A DNA stretch of 64,000 nucleotides from Chiloscyllium plagiosum (lineage: Eukaryota): assembly GCF_004010195.1 (NCBI RefSeq), contig NC_057720.1, positions 20,993,943 to 21,057,942 of the forward strand, read 5' to 3'. The notes below the pieces were generated by a model, which worked only from the letters and a program-made list of their open reading frames with translations, was not told the DNA's origin and searched no databases. The translations under genes and the position numbers were made by a program. Positions 50,205 through 62,274 of the stretch are shown one piece after another. Positions within the stretch are counted from its first letter, which is position 1. Every line of letters begins with the position of its first letter.

Positions 50205-50557
50205 GGAGTAGCACAGTGGCTCAGTCGTTAGCACTGCTGCCTCACAGCACCAGGGATCCAGGTCTGACTCCACCCTTGGGCAACTGTCTGTGGGGAGTTT
50301 GCACATTCTCCCTGTATCTGCGTGGGTTTTCCCTGGGTGCTCTGGTTTCCTCCCACAGTGCAAAGATGTGCCGGCTATGTGGATTGGCCATGCTAAATTG
50401 CCTACAGTGTTCAAGGGTGTGGAGTTTAGCTGTGGAGAAAGCGGGGTTACAGGGATAAGGCAGGGGGTGGCTCTTGGGGGATGCTATTTAGAGGGTCGAT
50501 GTGGATTCGGTGGGCTGAATGGCCTGAATCCACACTGCAGGGATTCTATGATTCTAA
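50205..50557 (+). mobile_element. HE1-like (V-SINE) SINE
   Basis: tRNA-like head, V-domain and tail gattctatgattcta. Confidence 0.85.
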
Positions 50558-50717
50558 GTGGCCATTTCCAAGCCCCTGGTTTGATATTGGATAATTCCTC
50601 AATCTTTCTGTGCTGGTCTGCCTGACAGAAGGCTGTCTTTTTTGACCAGACTGCCCTCTACTTCCTGTAGACTGTGGTTGAAGTATGTTCTGTGTGTTTG
50701 CCTGTAGGTTGCTGACA

Positions 50718-51953
50718 CATGGCAGGTCATGCCTCACAAACCTTATTGAATTCTTTGAAAAGGTGACGAAGGAGGTTGATGAGGGGAAAGCGGTAGATGT
50801 GGTATATATGGATTTTAGTAAGGCATTTGATAAGGTTCCCCATGGTAGGCTACTGCAGAAAATACGGAGATATGGCATTGAGGGTGAGTTGGAGGTTTGG
50901 ATTAGGAATTGGCTGGATGGTAGAAGACAGAGGGTAGTAGTTGATGGCAAAGTTTCTTCATGGAGTGCCGTCACTAGCGGTGTTCCGCAAGGATCTGTTT
51001 TGGGACCATTGCTGTTTATCATTTTTATAAATGACCTGGAAGAGGGGTTAGAAGGTTGGGTAAGCAAGTTTGCGGATGATACGAAAGTCAGAGGAGTTGT
51101 TGACAGTGAGGAAGGATGTGGCAGGTTACAGCAGGATATAGAGAAGCTGCAGAGCTGGGCAGAAAGGTGGCAGATGGAATTCAATGTAGCTAAGTGCGAG
51201 GTGACTCCCTTTGGGAAGAATAACAAAAAGATGGGGTACGGGGCTAATGGTCGGATACTTGGTAGTGTGAATGAGCAGAGGGATCTTGGTGTCCATGTAC
51301 ACAGATCTCTGAAAGTTGCCACCCAGGTAAATAGTGCGGTGAGGAAGGCATATGGCGTACTGGCTTTTATTGGTAGAGGAATTGAGTTCCGGAGTCCTGA
51401 GGTCATGATGCAGTTGTATAAGACTCTGGTACGGCCGCATCTGGAATATTGTGTGCAGTTTTGGTCGCCATACTATAGGAAGGATGTGGAGGCACTGGAA
51501 CGGGTGCAGAGGAGGTTTACCAGGATGTTGCCTGGTATGGAAGGAAAATCGTATGAGGAAAGACTGAGGCACCTGGGGCTGTTTTCACTAGAGAAAAGAA
51601 GGTTTACGGGTGACTTGATTGAGGTGTACAAGATGATTAGGGGGTTAGATAGGGTCAACAGTATGAACCTTTTCCCGCGTATTGAGTCGGGTATTACAAG
51701 GGGGCATAGCTTTAAATTAAGGGGGGGTAGATATAGGACTGAAGTTAGGGGTAGGTTCTTCACTCAGCGAGTCGTAAGTTCATGGAATGCCCTGCCAGTA
51801 GCAGTGGTGGACTCTCCCTCTTTATGGGCATTTAAGCGGGCATTGGATAGGTATATGGAGGATAGTGGGTTAGTATAGGTTAGGTGGGCTTGGATCGGCG
51901 CAACATCGAGGGCCAAAGGGCCTGTACTGCGCTGTATTCTTCTATGTTCTATG
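50718..51953 (+). mobile_element. Young 5' truncated CR1-type LINE with uninterrupted partial ORF2 (RT C-terminal half)
   Basis: Open frame to 51878 with [27 protein letters not shown] and FADDTK; tail ttctatgttctatg; TGACA direct repeats at 50713-50717 and 51954-51958. Confidence 0.95.
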
Positions 51954-53689
51954 TGACATTGACATAGCTGTGCCACAACACGCCCAGCCCTTTGACTGAT
52001 TATGACAAGCTGCCTGGCTTTGCGTCTGCACCCAAAAATAAGGCAACATGGAAGTACTGCAAACCTTTAAGACCTGAATGATGTGGTAACGTGCAAAGTG
52101 AATGGAAATGTTACTGTAAGGATGTGGTGAGGCTGGTGTGTGTCTGATGCCAAACTGTGTGAGGGTACAGGCAGTCACTGCCTGTGAATCAGATCCAGAG
52201 GTGTTGAGGCCTGCTATCCAAGATCAAAGCCCAGAGAATGAAATAGTGAACTTGGCATTGCCTGATAGCTGCTCTGAATTACATGCCAGAATCAATAACA
52301 TCCAGTTTCTATCTGGAGTGAGGGAGAACAGGAAACTGCAGATGGTGAGATTTAGCCACCGGATACTCACTCCACATTTCATATCTGCCATTGTCAACTC
52401 GCTGTTAACACCCTGATAGCAGAATCTGACAATTCCCTGATGTCAAGAATCTTATTTTTCTGATCTCAGCGTGTTCTCCCAAATGACTTGCCATTGCCCA
52501 CATTGTTCGGGGTTGCAAAGATTCCCGTCTCTCAGAGACGAGCTGAGCTGGGGGAACGGAATCTCCAGGTTAGTCAACAATCTGTTTCTGAGCTCCACTT
52601 CCATATGAATTAAACCAAGGCCAGTCAGCATGTGCACCAGTAGAAGTGAGCCAAGATTGATGTTGGTTAAATCCAGTTGGCCCTAGTCCTAACCCTCGAC
52701 CTAGTATTCCGGATATTGGACCTCATCTGATTCTCTCTACATGTTTTTAAAAAGTTTTAAATAGCTGCTTGGAACATTTTAAAGATCATTCATTCATTCT
52801 TTTATCATTCCTTTTCTTTCATTCCATTTATTAATTAATTCATCCATTCCACTTACATATGTATCTAAGTAAATTATTCAGCTCTGCAACAGTTACTGTC
52901 TAATCAAACCTTGAATCAGGACCGGCCTCACAGATTGCTAAGTACTCTATTAACTTCCCACATTGTCTTGATTTTGTTTCTTACCAGGTATATTATTTCG
53001 CCTGCACCTTTTCCTGGCTTTGAGGTAAAAATTATAGCCTGCCTTTCCATCCTTGCATTTGATTATCCCTTTGTTCAAGTGCTTGTAGTTGCTGACTGAT
53101 GGTCTGAGTATTCTTAAATTAGTAATGTTCTCAAAGAGGTAAACTTGCTTGTGCTTTGATTTTTTTTCCTCCTGTGTCAAATTGATTGTGTTTTACCATT
53201 TTTACCTTGAGGTTTCAAACAACAATCCCACTACTGATCACCATGTTGTATGTATTATACAAACACCTAATGGTTGAAGGAGATTATCACCACCCCTCCT
53301 CCTTTATATACCTTGTGGAGAGAGAAAAATAGAGGTCAATGGCCTTTTGACCTTATTTCACATTTCCACCATTCTCAGTATCTTACATTCTCTAAGTAAC
53401 ATCTTGCTGTGACCTCTTGTGCAGGTGAACGTAACCAAGCTTACTCCATCATAACACCATCAAAAACAAGCCCCACTGTTGAGGTTTATCATTAATTTAC
53501 AAGATCTCCTGGCTACAGGAAAAAATGTTGTGTAACTTGAAAGAGTGCAGAAAAGATTTACAAGGCTGTTGCTGGGTTTGGAGGGTTTGAGCTACTGGGA
53601 GAAGGCTGGATAGGCTGGGGGTATTTTAGCTGGAGGGTCGGAGGCTGAGACGTGATCTTATAGAGCATTGTTGTAAATGTCACATTTTG

Positions 53690-53870
53690 TCAAAGCTTTT
53701 TGTCTTGTACTCATCAGGATAATTTACAAAAGTATCATCTCAAGGGGGATACCAACGTTTATACTGAATTTCTACTCTCCTCTCGAATTAATATTCTTGT
53801 AGATTTTTCTGATGACTGACGACAATAAAGCTTAAAAAGGTGTCTATTTTTCAGCAATACTCAAAGTTCT
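53690..53870. mobile_element. Degenerate Penelope-derived fold-back unit
   Basis: CTGATGA on both strands (revcomp at ~53711-53717; plus at ~53810) within imperfect inverted arms. Confidence 0.45.
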
Positions 53871-54454
53871 GAATCACAAAATGGTTATTTGCATCTTAGA
53901 AATATTGAAATCGACTGTGATGGAAAAATTCATCAATAAAGGCAGCAATTCAATTGGGTTCATCTTGGGCCATATCATATTTATTAGGTGCAATTATCCA
54001 GTCCATCACTAGGGGATGCCAAAACCTTGTGGTTTGAAATAATCTGAGGAAAAAGTTGAAACTCTAGGTGGCAGTAAAGTCATTTAAAGCCTTACTATAA
54101 TTGCAGCATGTTTTATATAACTGCGTGTTTCATGGTCCCTGATTCACTGAAGTAATCCTCAAGAAGAACATCACTGTGTGGATTATGGCCGTTCTCACCT
54201 TTTAGGTCTCCTGTCTAAATGTTAAATCTCACCTGTTTAAGCCCTTAATTTAATTGCTTCCTTTATGTCATACACATTGACATTTGGGAGGTCAGCAGAG
54301 GGTAACTCAAATAAAATCACCTTTCTCAGACCTGAAGCTGCCAGTCAGTTTGAAAATTAAATGCAGGTTTAGTATAAAAAGATGTTTTGAATCATTTTTC
54401 AACAAAAGTTAGTCAACCTGTGGCTGGTGTCGGGTCTTAACTAGAAGGGGAAAA

Positions 54455-55069
54455 AAATCTTGCATTTATATAGCACCTTTTATGACCACTAGACAAAGGT
54501 ACTTTGCAGCCAACAAATTACTCTTTGAAGATAAACATCTCTGTAATGTAGGAAACATAGAAGACAATTTGCATGCAGGCGAAAGTGAGGACTGCAGATG
54601 CTGGAGATTAGAGTCAAGATTAGAGTGGCGCTGGAAAAGCACAGCAGGTCAGGTAGCATCCGAGGAGCAGGATAATTGACTTTTCGGGCAGGATCCCTTC
54701 ATCAGGAATCATGCATGCAGCCAACTCTCTCACACATAACAGCAATTTGGTGATTGGTGATGCCCATTGAGAAATAAACAACGACTGGGATACTAACGAA
54801 CAGCTCTCCTGCGAAATAATGGCAGGAGACCTTTTACATTTACACAAGTAGACGGATAGACCTCAGTTTAATGTGTCACTTAAATGAAGGTACCTCTCAC
54901 AGTGCAGCACTCCCTGAAAACTGTTCAAAACGTCAAGAGTGTGATGCTGGAAAAGCACAGCAGGTCTGGCAGCATCCGAGGAGCAGGATAATCGACGTTG
55001 CAAGCATGAGCCCTTCATCAGGAATTTCTCGACTCTGATCTCCATTATCTGCAGTCCTCACTTTCTCCC
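54455..55069 (-). mobile_element. DeuSINE-like SINE with two Penelope-derived hammerhead units (54578-54708 inserted, 54936-55069 adjacent)
   Basis: Deu-like blocks as in 2130-2860. Minus-strand CTGATGA-A-GGG...CCC-GAAA-AGTC, and CTGATGA-A-GGGC-TCAT-GCTT-GCAAC-GTC. Confidence 0.6.
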
Positions 55070-55696
55070 ACTGCTAAAAATGTGTCAGCTTTGTATTTCA
55101 AAAGCCCAGTCCTGTTAACTGTGCTGTAAATGATGTTTCACAAAGTGGCAGGAAAGCAATTAAAAAGGGTTTTTTTTCTGACAAATATCAGATGTTTAAG
55201 TGAAACAGATAATTACATTGCTGCATAATAATCTCTCTTCTTCTTACATATTAACCTGGTGCATGTGAATGTCTATACCTGAGAGTAAAATGAATTGCTG
55301 TTGTCAAGTCCTGTTTTCTCTGCTTTCGAACTGTCATTTAACAGACATTTGACACGTGACCATTTTGTCAATGTAAGAAATTGCACAATCATCATCCATA
55401 ATAATGAGTTTTAATTTTAAAAGTGCACAAATATATATCTGTATCTGATGTGGGCCACATTTTCCTCACAACCTGAACTGCAAAATTTTATTGGCTTGGC
55501 TTCAAGCTCCCTCATCTGCACATGGTCTATTTCTGACACTTGTTTTTCCTTCCTCGTTTTCTCATCTCAATTTTTGATGATGGGCTCTCAACCGAGATCC
55601 ACTGTAAACCCACTGGTTCCACCAGTGACTCTATTTCCTCTCATCCTGTTTTCTGTTTTCTGATGGTATAACCCACCCTGATATGTTATCAGGAGA

Positions 55697-55873
55697 GGGC
55701 TGGGACTTTTTTCTCCTGGAATGTCGGAGGCTGAGGGGTGACCTTATAGAGGTTTGTAAAATCATGAGGAGCATGGATTGGGTAAATAGACAAGATCTTT
55801 CTAAGATTAGGGGTGGCCAAAGTGAGAGTGGAAAGATTTAAAAGGGATCAGAATGCAACATTTTCACACAGAG
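55697..55873 (+). mobile_element. CR1 fragment fused directly to the truncated ERV
   Basis: RRLRGDLIEVCKIM...ttttcacacagag, then an abrupt switch to ERV sequence. Confidence 0.75.
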
Positions 55874-55897
55874 CGTCCCCTTTTGCCACTGACAGAC

Positions 55898-57101
55898 TCA
55901 TGTGGGCTTCCCATTGTTCTGTTTCCTCCCCCTACAATCCCGGACAATGTGGCCTGTTTTGCCACAATTGTGACACATGGATTTGGATTTTGTTTTTGTG
56001 GTGGTGCCTCAGTTTTCCTGCTTTACGCGCATGGGGGGTTTTTCCTCCAGTTTCCTCCTTAACGCCTGTTGCCCATTTTACCAGGGCCTCATAGTCTTGG
56101 ACAACGACATCCCCCATTTTTTAGGACTGCCTAGTGCACGGGAGACAGCCTGTCCTTGAAAGCCTGAATGAATGGCCGGTCAGAGCGGTCTATCTGAGGG
56201 AATCCCTGAGCATTCTTGTTCGACCCTAAAAAGCCCTTCCCCATATTCGGAGGCGCCCTCCCCTTCTGTTGTTTGCTGTTTGTTATTTTTGTCCAATTGG
56301 TGGGCGGTTTCCTCAGAACACGCTGGATTTTGGCCTTAAATCTACCAAAGGGCTCCTGCTGATCCTCTATATCTGCTTTAATAGGGGTGCCCTGGGTCCA
56401 TCTGTCTCTTCCATAACCTTGACTTGGTTGTTTTGTGGCATCGGCTAGGTCAGACCCATCAGATACTAGACGTCACTTGTCTGGAGGGCATGCAGCCCTG
56501 ACCAGTTGGTGGATATCCCTTAAATGTAGTTGGTGGCCCACCCAGATGGTATCTAATTCAGCCCAAACCTTTGCATTATTACTGCAGGGCTCTAAGTGAC
56601 TCAGGGAAGCTAAGATCTGCTGCAATTCACCTGGTGTTATCGGCTTATATTTTGCATTTACGTTAGCTCCTTCCCCACTGCGAGTTACCGGGGCTGAGGT
56701 AATTTCCTCAGGAGGGTCATCCAACGGTTCAGGCGATGCGCCTGCGCTGTCACGAGCATTATAACGTGGCAATGATCCCCACTGACTATCCTCCAGGAAC
56801 TGATTTTTCTTTTCCAATTTCCTTAGTCAGGATTGAAGCATTTGTTTTTCTCGGTCCATTTCTTTGTGGATTCCAAAGTCTGACCTATGAGGCCAGCCAA
56901 TTGATGGACCAAAAGGACACATATTTTCTTGGTCTTATCATTCTTTTCGCCCATGAGCCAATTTTTCTGTCGGTCTAGGGTCTGGGATGGATCCCACCCA
57001 CTCTTTCTCATCTGTCTAATGACTGAATGTCTGTCTATCATATACTGGGGTCCCCATTGATCTCCCTGACCCACCATAACACTGATAAAGTTTATACTCA
57101 C
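55898..57101 (-). pseudogene. gag: Degenerate retroviral gag (frameshifts and in-frame stops)
   Basis: Manual translation across shifts gives ...YKPITPGELQQIL...LHLRDIHQLV... PTNWTKITNSKQQKG/EGASEYGEGLF (MHR-like)... FIQAFKDRLSP... and a CHNCGKTGHIVRDC CX2CX4HX4C knuckle at 55934-55975. Confidence 0.8.
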
Positions 57102-57439
57102 AGATCCTCTGTCGGTCGATCTCGTTTACCCACCGGCCACAACTGCTGCATGTTTTCCCACTGGCTGTGTCTCACCCAGAATCATTGCTATCGTAGTTCG
57201 GTAATACCTGGTGTTAGGGAGTGATCATTTCCCCGTACCCCGCTTATTTAATCGAGGCCTTTATCTCAGGCAGGAACAATCACACTGACATCTGAGTATG
57301 ACTCAACTCAGAGGCCACACAACAGACACTTTCTCATTCACTTTTACCAGATCAACAGCTTCTGTAGTTTGGCCTGCTTTTGTCTGATATCCTGCCCTGA
57401 CTCCCGGGAGGTGGCCACCCTACCCGGGACCGTGAACAA

Positions 57440-57457
57440 GACCTGCTCGCCGCGCCA
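57440..57457 (-). promoter_or_regulatory. Primer binding site, tRNA-Ser(UGA)-type
   Basis: TGGCGCGGCGAGCAGGTC lies 3 nt after the LTR end (...CTACAACA-AAT-TGG). It is complementary to the vertebrate tRNA-Ser(UGA) 3' end (...CCUGCUCGCUGCG-CCA, recalled) with one G-U pair over 16 nt. Confidence 0.7.
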
Positions 57458-57460
57458 ATT

Positions 57461-57734
57461 TGTTGTAGTAAAACTCAAATTTAGAAGCAAATCAATCAAA
57501 TTTATTAAATCAAAAGCTTTTGGGAGGGGCAGCACGATTCTGACCTGAACCGCGGGACTTGAGCACGCCGTCTCTCCCCAAACAACATGTACAGTGGTTT
57601 TTATAGTCTGGATGACATGTACAATGAAAGCCCATGAAAGATGGTTTCTTATGTCTGTGCATGCGCGCAAAGATCACTGGTTGTGTTTTGCGCATGCGCA
57701 CGCAGAAATTACTGGTTCTGAGAACGGCATTCCA
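57461..57734 (-). mobile_element. 5' LTR of the ERV (upstream boundary uncertain)
   Basis: Minus strand: U3-like direct repeats containing TGCGCATGCGCA (57689-57700), TATAAAA at ~57599-57605, AATAAA at 57501-57506, and a terminal ...CAACA. Confidence 0.7.
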
Positions 57735-57737
57735 TGG

Positions 57738-58492
57738 TGTTGTGTTCTGTAAGTATTTCTTCTTTAGTTAGTTTCTGTCTTTAAGGTCCTGTACCTCAAG
57801 AGAGTTGAAAAGTTAGCAAGGCCTGCTTGACGCAGCACAAAGTGTTCTGAACATGATAACAATGTAATGTTTGTTTGAAATAGCTAGCAGTAGCTGGGTT
57901 GTCATGAGACAAAAACAAATTCAAATTCGGCCAATCAGTTTAAATTATGCCCAAGATGCCAAACTCCAATCTAGTTTGAATTTCGTATTTTGATACTATT
58001 AAAACCAATGAAATGATCTGATGTTTTGGGGAACAAAACCAGACATTTTTGAACTGTTGAGAGAGAACTGCCAAAAGACCAATAAATGTAGGCTACTAGT
58101 TTAAGAGATCTCTGAGAGGCACCTGTCTGTGGAAGAAGTTGACACAGCATGACATAGAAACTGACCTCGAGAGAATCTGCAAAGGAGACTCAGCAAAACT
58201 GATTGGTTTTGACTCGTGATTATTTTTTCGGAAAACGTAATCGGGATTTTTTTATCGGGCTAGTATTGTAAAGTGGAAGGTAAAAGATAGATTTAAGAGA
58301 AAGGGAGTTGTAAATAGTTGTTAGTTAATATTCTCTGTTAAAGTTAAAGAATAAAGTTGTTAATTTTTACTTTAAATAGTGACTTTTGGGATCGTTCTTT
58401 GCCCCTCGAATTTTAACAGATTACAGCATGGGGTGAATCTTTTCTGTGTTGCTGGTTTAAATTAGCAGAGGGGTTTACCCTGTGTCATAACA
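57738..58492 (+). mobile_element. Solo LTR of a second LTR-retroelement family
   Basis: Termini TGTTGTG...CATAACA (imperfect 7-bp inverted repeat); AATAAA at 58350-58355; no matching TSD. Confidence 0.6.
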
Positions 58493-58689
58493 GAATGTAT
58501 GTCGAGATGCAGTGGTATTGTCCCTATGTCTGGGCCAGAAGACCCAGGTTCAAATCTCACCAAAGATATTTCATAACATGTTCAAAGAGTTTGATTAAAA
58601 TAATTATAAATATGTTATTATTACATGTTTGAGGACCTGCCATATTGTTCCAGTGTATGATCTTTAATGTAGGTTTCATCATCACTTTT

Positions 58690-59065
58690 GTTTTGTTGCT
58701 GCTATCCTTTCCCACACCAAGTCTTTTCTCTGCTGTTTGCACTGTCTTAAACTGGTTTCAGGTTAAGCAACACTTTGATTTTAAAGTCTTCACCCTGGTT
58801 TTTCTGTTTCCCTGCACAGTCTCATCCCTTGCTTTTCCTGTCCACTTCCACATTCATCTCCAGAGCATCCATGTTTTTAACTGTTGAACCACAGTTGCCT
58901 AAGCTCTGGAATTTCCTACCTAAGCTCTGCCTCTCCCCCTTCCTTTCATTTTTCAAAACATTTCTGAAAAACTACTCCTTGACCATCTGCCCTCATTTCA
59001 TCTTAGAAGGCTCAGTGTTGTACCTCCTTTGAAAATATTTCAGTGAAACGCCACTTTGCAATGTA
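58690..59065 (+). mobile_element. Old L2-type LINE 3' end
   Basis: LNWFQVKQHFDFKVF and KLWNFLP...FKTFLK remnants, typical of the L2 ORF2 C-terminus. Confidence 0.5.
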
Positions 59066-59149
59066 GAAGCGTAGGGTGGAATATTCTTGGTGTCTGGGTG
59101 ACATACATTATGACGGGATTGTGGGAAAATCAGATAAGAAATCAGGCAA

Positions 59150-60830
59150 GGTCTATTTCGCTGCACTCCCTCAGTGAAATACATCTCATTTCTTAGGTAG
59201 TAAGACTGAAACAGCACACAATAATCCAAGAGTCTCACCAAGGTTCTAAATAATTGAAGCAACACACTTTTATTTGTATATTCAAATCCTCTCATGAAAG
59301 GACAACATGTTATTGGTCATCCTAATCACTTGCTGAAACTGGATGTTAAGGCTTTTTTATGAACATGGACACCCAGGTCCTTTTGGGCATTAATGTTTCC
59401 TAACCTCTCACTACGTGAGGAATAAGCTGGACCTCTGTTCTTTCGACCAAAATGGATAACCTCACACATATCCACATTTTAACTGCTGTGTACTTCTCCA
59501 CTCGCTCAATCTGTCAAATGCTCTTGAAGGGGGATGGAAAATGATGGTTTTCTGCTGTTGTTAAATGGGGAGGAGGAGCAAATGGAACAGATGGTGAAGG
59601 TGCTCACAGCAAGACAACAAAGGGAGTGCTAATGGCAGTAGAGAAGAGATAATGATGCTGAGCAGAAAACCTGTCAGAGTGAAAAGCAGAACATTTGTCG
59701 AGTAAATCTTCTTTGAACTGCTTCCCAATGCATTTAGATCAATCTTCAAATAAGGAGACCAATACTATACGCAATACTCCAGATGTGGTGCCATCAATGC
59801 CCTGCATAATTGAAACATAACTTTCCTAATTTTGGGTCTAATTCCCCTCACAGTTGACAATATCATTTTATCAGCTTTTCTAATTACTTGCTGCTCCTAC
59901 ATACTAACCTTTTGTGATTCTTACCTAAGGGCACCCAGATCCCCACTACCTAACCCCCCCCCCTCCACTCCTGCATATCAGAGCTCTGAAATCTTTCACC
60001 ATTATGTTTCATGATCATTTTTGCACCTAAAATGGACAATTATGCTCCATTTGCCAAATTTTTGTAACTTACTTATCCTGTGTATTTGTAGCTTCCTCAT
60101 TCCCTCTTCACAACTTCCTTTCTGACCTATCTTTGTGTCACCAAGACCTTTAGCAAATAAACCTTTGGTCCTTTCATCCAAGTCACTAATATAACTTGTG
60201 AAAAGCTGAGACCTCAGTACTGATCCCTGTGGTACACTATTCGTTACATCTTGCCAAACAGAAAATGACCCATTTATGACTACTGTCTGCTTCCTGTTAG
60301 TCAACCATCCTCCTATCTATGCTCATATGTTACTGCCTATACCATCAGATTTTATGTTCCCCAACAAACTTAAATGTGGATTATATGCCTTCTGGAAATC
60401 CCAAGTACAGTACATCCACTGATTCCCCTTTATCCACAGCCCACTTCACTTTCTGAAAGTAATCTTATAAATTGGTTAAACATGATTTCCTTTACACAAA
60501 ACCATATTGATGTTGAACTTTTTTAAGTGCCCTGTGATAACATCTTTAATAATAGCTCCTAACATGTCTATTACGACAAATTTAAACAAAATGGCCTGTG
60601 GTTTTCTGTTGACTATCTAGCTCATTTTTTGAATAGAAGAACTACATTCATTTTTTTGAATTCTTATAAAACCATCCCCAAATCTAAGGACTTCTTAAAA
60701 GAAAACCTCAAGGTTCGATTCTCTCATTACCCAGTTCTCTTTTGGTTCTAGCATGAAGTCAATTAAAACTCAGAGACCTCTCAGCCTGCAGCTCCAATGA
60801 TTTTCTCACTTCCCTAGTGATTGTAATTGT
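59150..60830 (-). mobile_element. Old CR1-type LINE fragments (about 59150-59520 and 59745-60830)
   Basis: Minus ORFs with RKQTVVINGSFS.WQDVTNSVPQGSVL and LQLFRTLVR motifs. Confidence 0.7.
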
Positions 60831-60914
60831 TTTGAGTTTCTCCCTGCCTTTCATTTCCTGATTTAAGTTATTCCTGTGATGTTATTTGTATGCTGTGTAA
60901 TGAAGACCAATAGC

Positions 60915-62260
60915 AAATACCTCACTTTGAACAACTTCTGCTTTAACTCCTCTCACTATCTTCAGGTTAAGGGGGTGGCCGCGGGTATTGAACCTAGTTA
61001 CAACTTTCTCTTTGTGAGGTACATGGAACATTCCTTGGTTCAAGCCCATCTTGGACTCCTAGCCACAACTCTTTCTCCAATACATCAATGACATCATTGA
61101 TGCTGCTTCCCTCTCTCGTCCAGAATTGGAAAAGATTATCAATTTTGCTTCCAACTTCCAACCTGCTCTCACCTTCACCTGGTCCATCTTTGATTCCCCC
61201 CTTCTCTTCCTCGACATCTGTGTCCATTTCTAAGGATAGGGCTGACCACCAATATCCATTACAAACCCAACAACTCTCACAGTTACCTTGACTATACATC
61301 CTGGAAATACTCTGTTTCATTCTTCCAGTTCCTCCATCTCCATCGCATCTGTTCGGATGATGCCAATTTCTACAAGGGGCCTCTGAAATGTCCACTTTCT
61401 CCTTCAACTGAGGAATCCCCACCACCATAGTTGACAGGGTCCTCAGTTGTCTGTGACATATCTCCTGCACTTTAGCGCTCCCCCCCTCCTCTATTCCCTC
61501 TCACAGCAGTGATAGGGACTCCTGGTCCGCATTTACCATCCCACTAGCATCTCTATCCAGAGGACCATGAGCATCCATTTTCACCACTTCCAGCAGAATG
61601 ACACCGCCAGACACACATTCTCCTCCCCTCAGCCTTCAGCAAGGATCATTCCCTTCAGGACATCCTGATCCATTCCTCATCCACTCCCAACAACACACCC
61701 CCAACCCCCACGTCCCACAGCTCCACGGTACCTTCCTCTGCAAATGCAAAAGGTGTAGCACGTGCCCATTTACTTTCTCCTTCCTCAGTATCCAAGGGCC
61801 TAAACACACCTTCCAGGTGAAGCAGTGACTTAACTATACTTCACTCAGTCTAATCTAGTACATTCTCTGCTCACGATGTGGTCTGCTGCATACTGGGGGG
61901 ATGGAATGCAGACTGGGTGATTGTTCGTTATTTCCACAAAAGTGATCCTGAGTGTCGTGTTACCTGCCACTTCAACACCACCGCTGAGTTCCTTGGTCTA
62001 CATCTCTGTCTCAGGCTTGCTGCAGTTCTCCACCAAGCTAGAAGAACAGCATCTCATTTTCCACCTGAGAACCCTGAACCCTTCAGGACTCAATATCGAG
62101 TTCAATAATTTTAGTGTCTGAGCGCCTTCTCCCATGTCCCTACCCCAATCCCACGCACCAGGCCCTGTCATCACATTGGCTGCTGCCACCCACAATGTCG
62201 GCTAATGTCAGCCAGTAATAGTCTCCATTAGCAGTTGTTGATTCTCCCAGGCTGGCCTTT
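60915..62260 (+). mobile_element. Penelope-like element, degenerate RT + GIY-YIG
   Basis: LTLNNFCFNSSHYLQVKGVAAG; QYINDII (YIDD-like); CKCKRCSTCP linker; LEEQHLIFHLRTLNPSGLNIEF. Confidence 0.85.
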
Positions 62261-62274
62261 GCTTACTCTTTTTG

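Noticed and set aside
50546..51406. 286-aa minus-strand ORF (and similar antisense ORFs at 5461, 5731, 26901, 51126)
   Set aside because: These are antisense shadows of CR1 RT coding sequence, with no independent protein signature.
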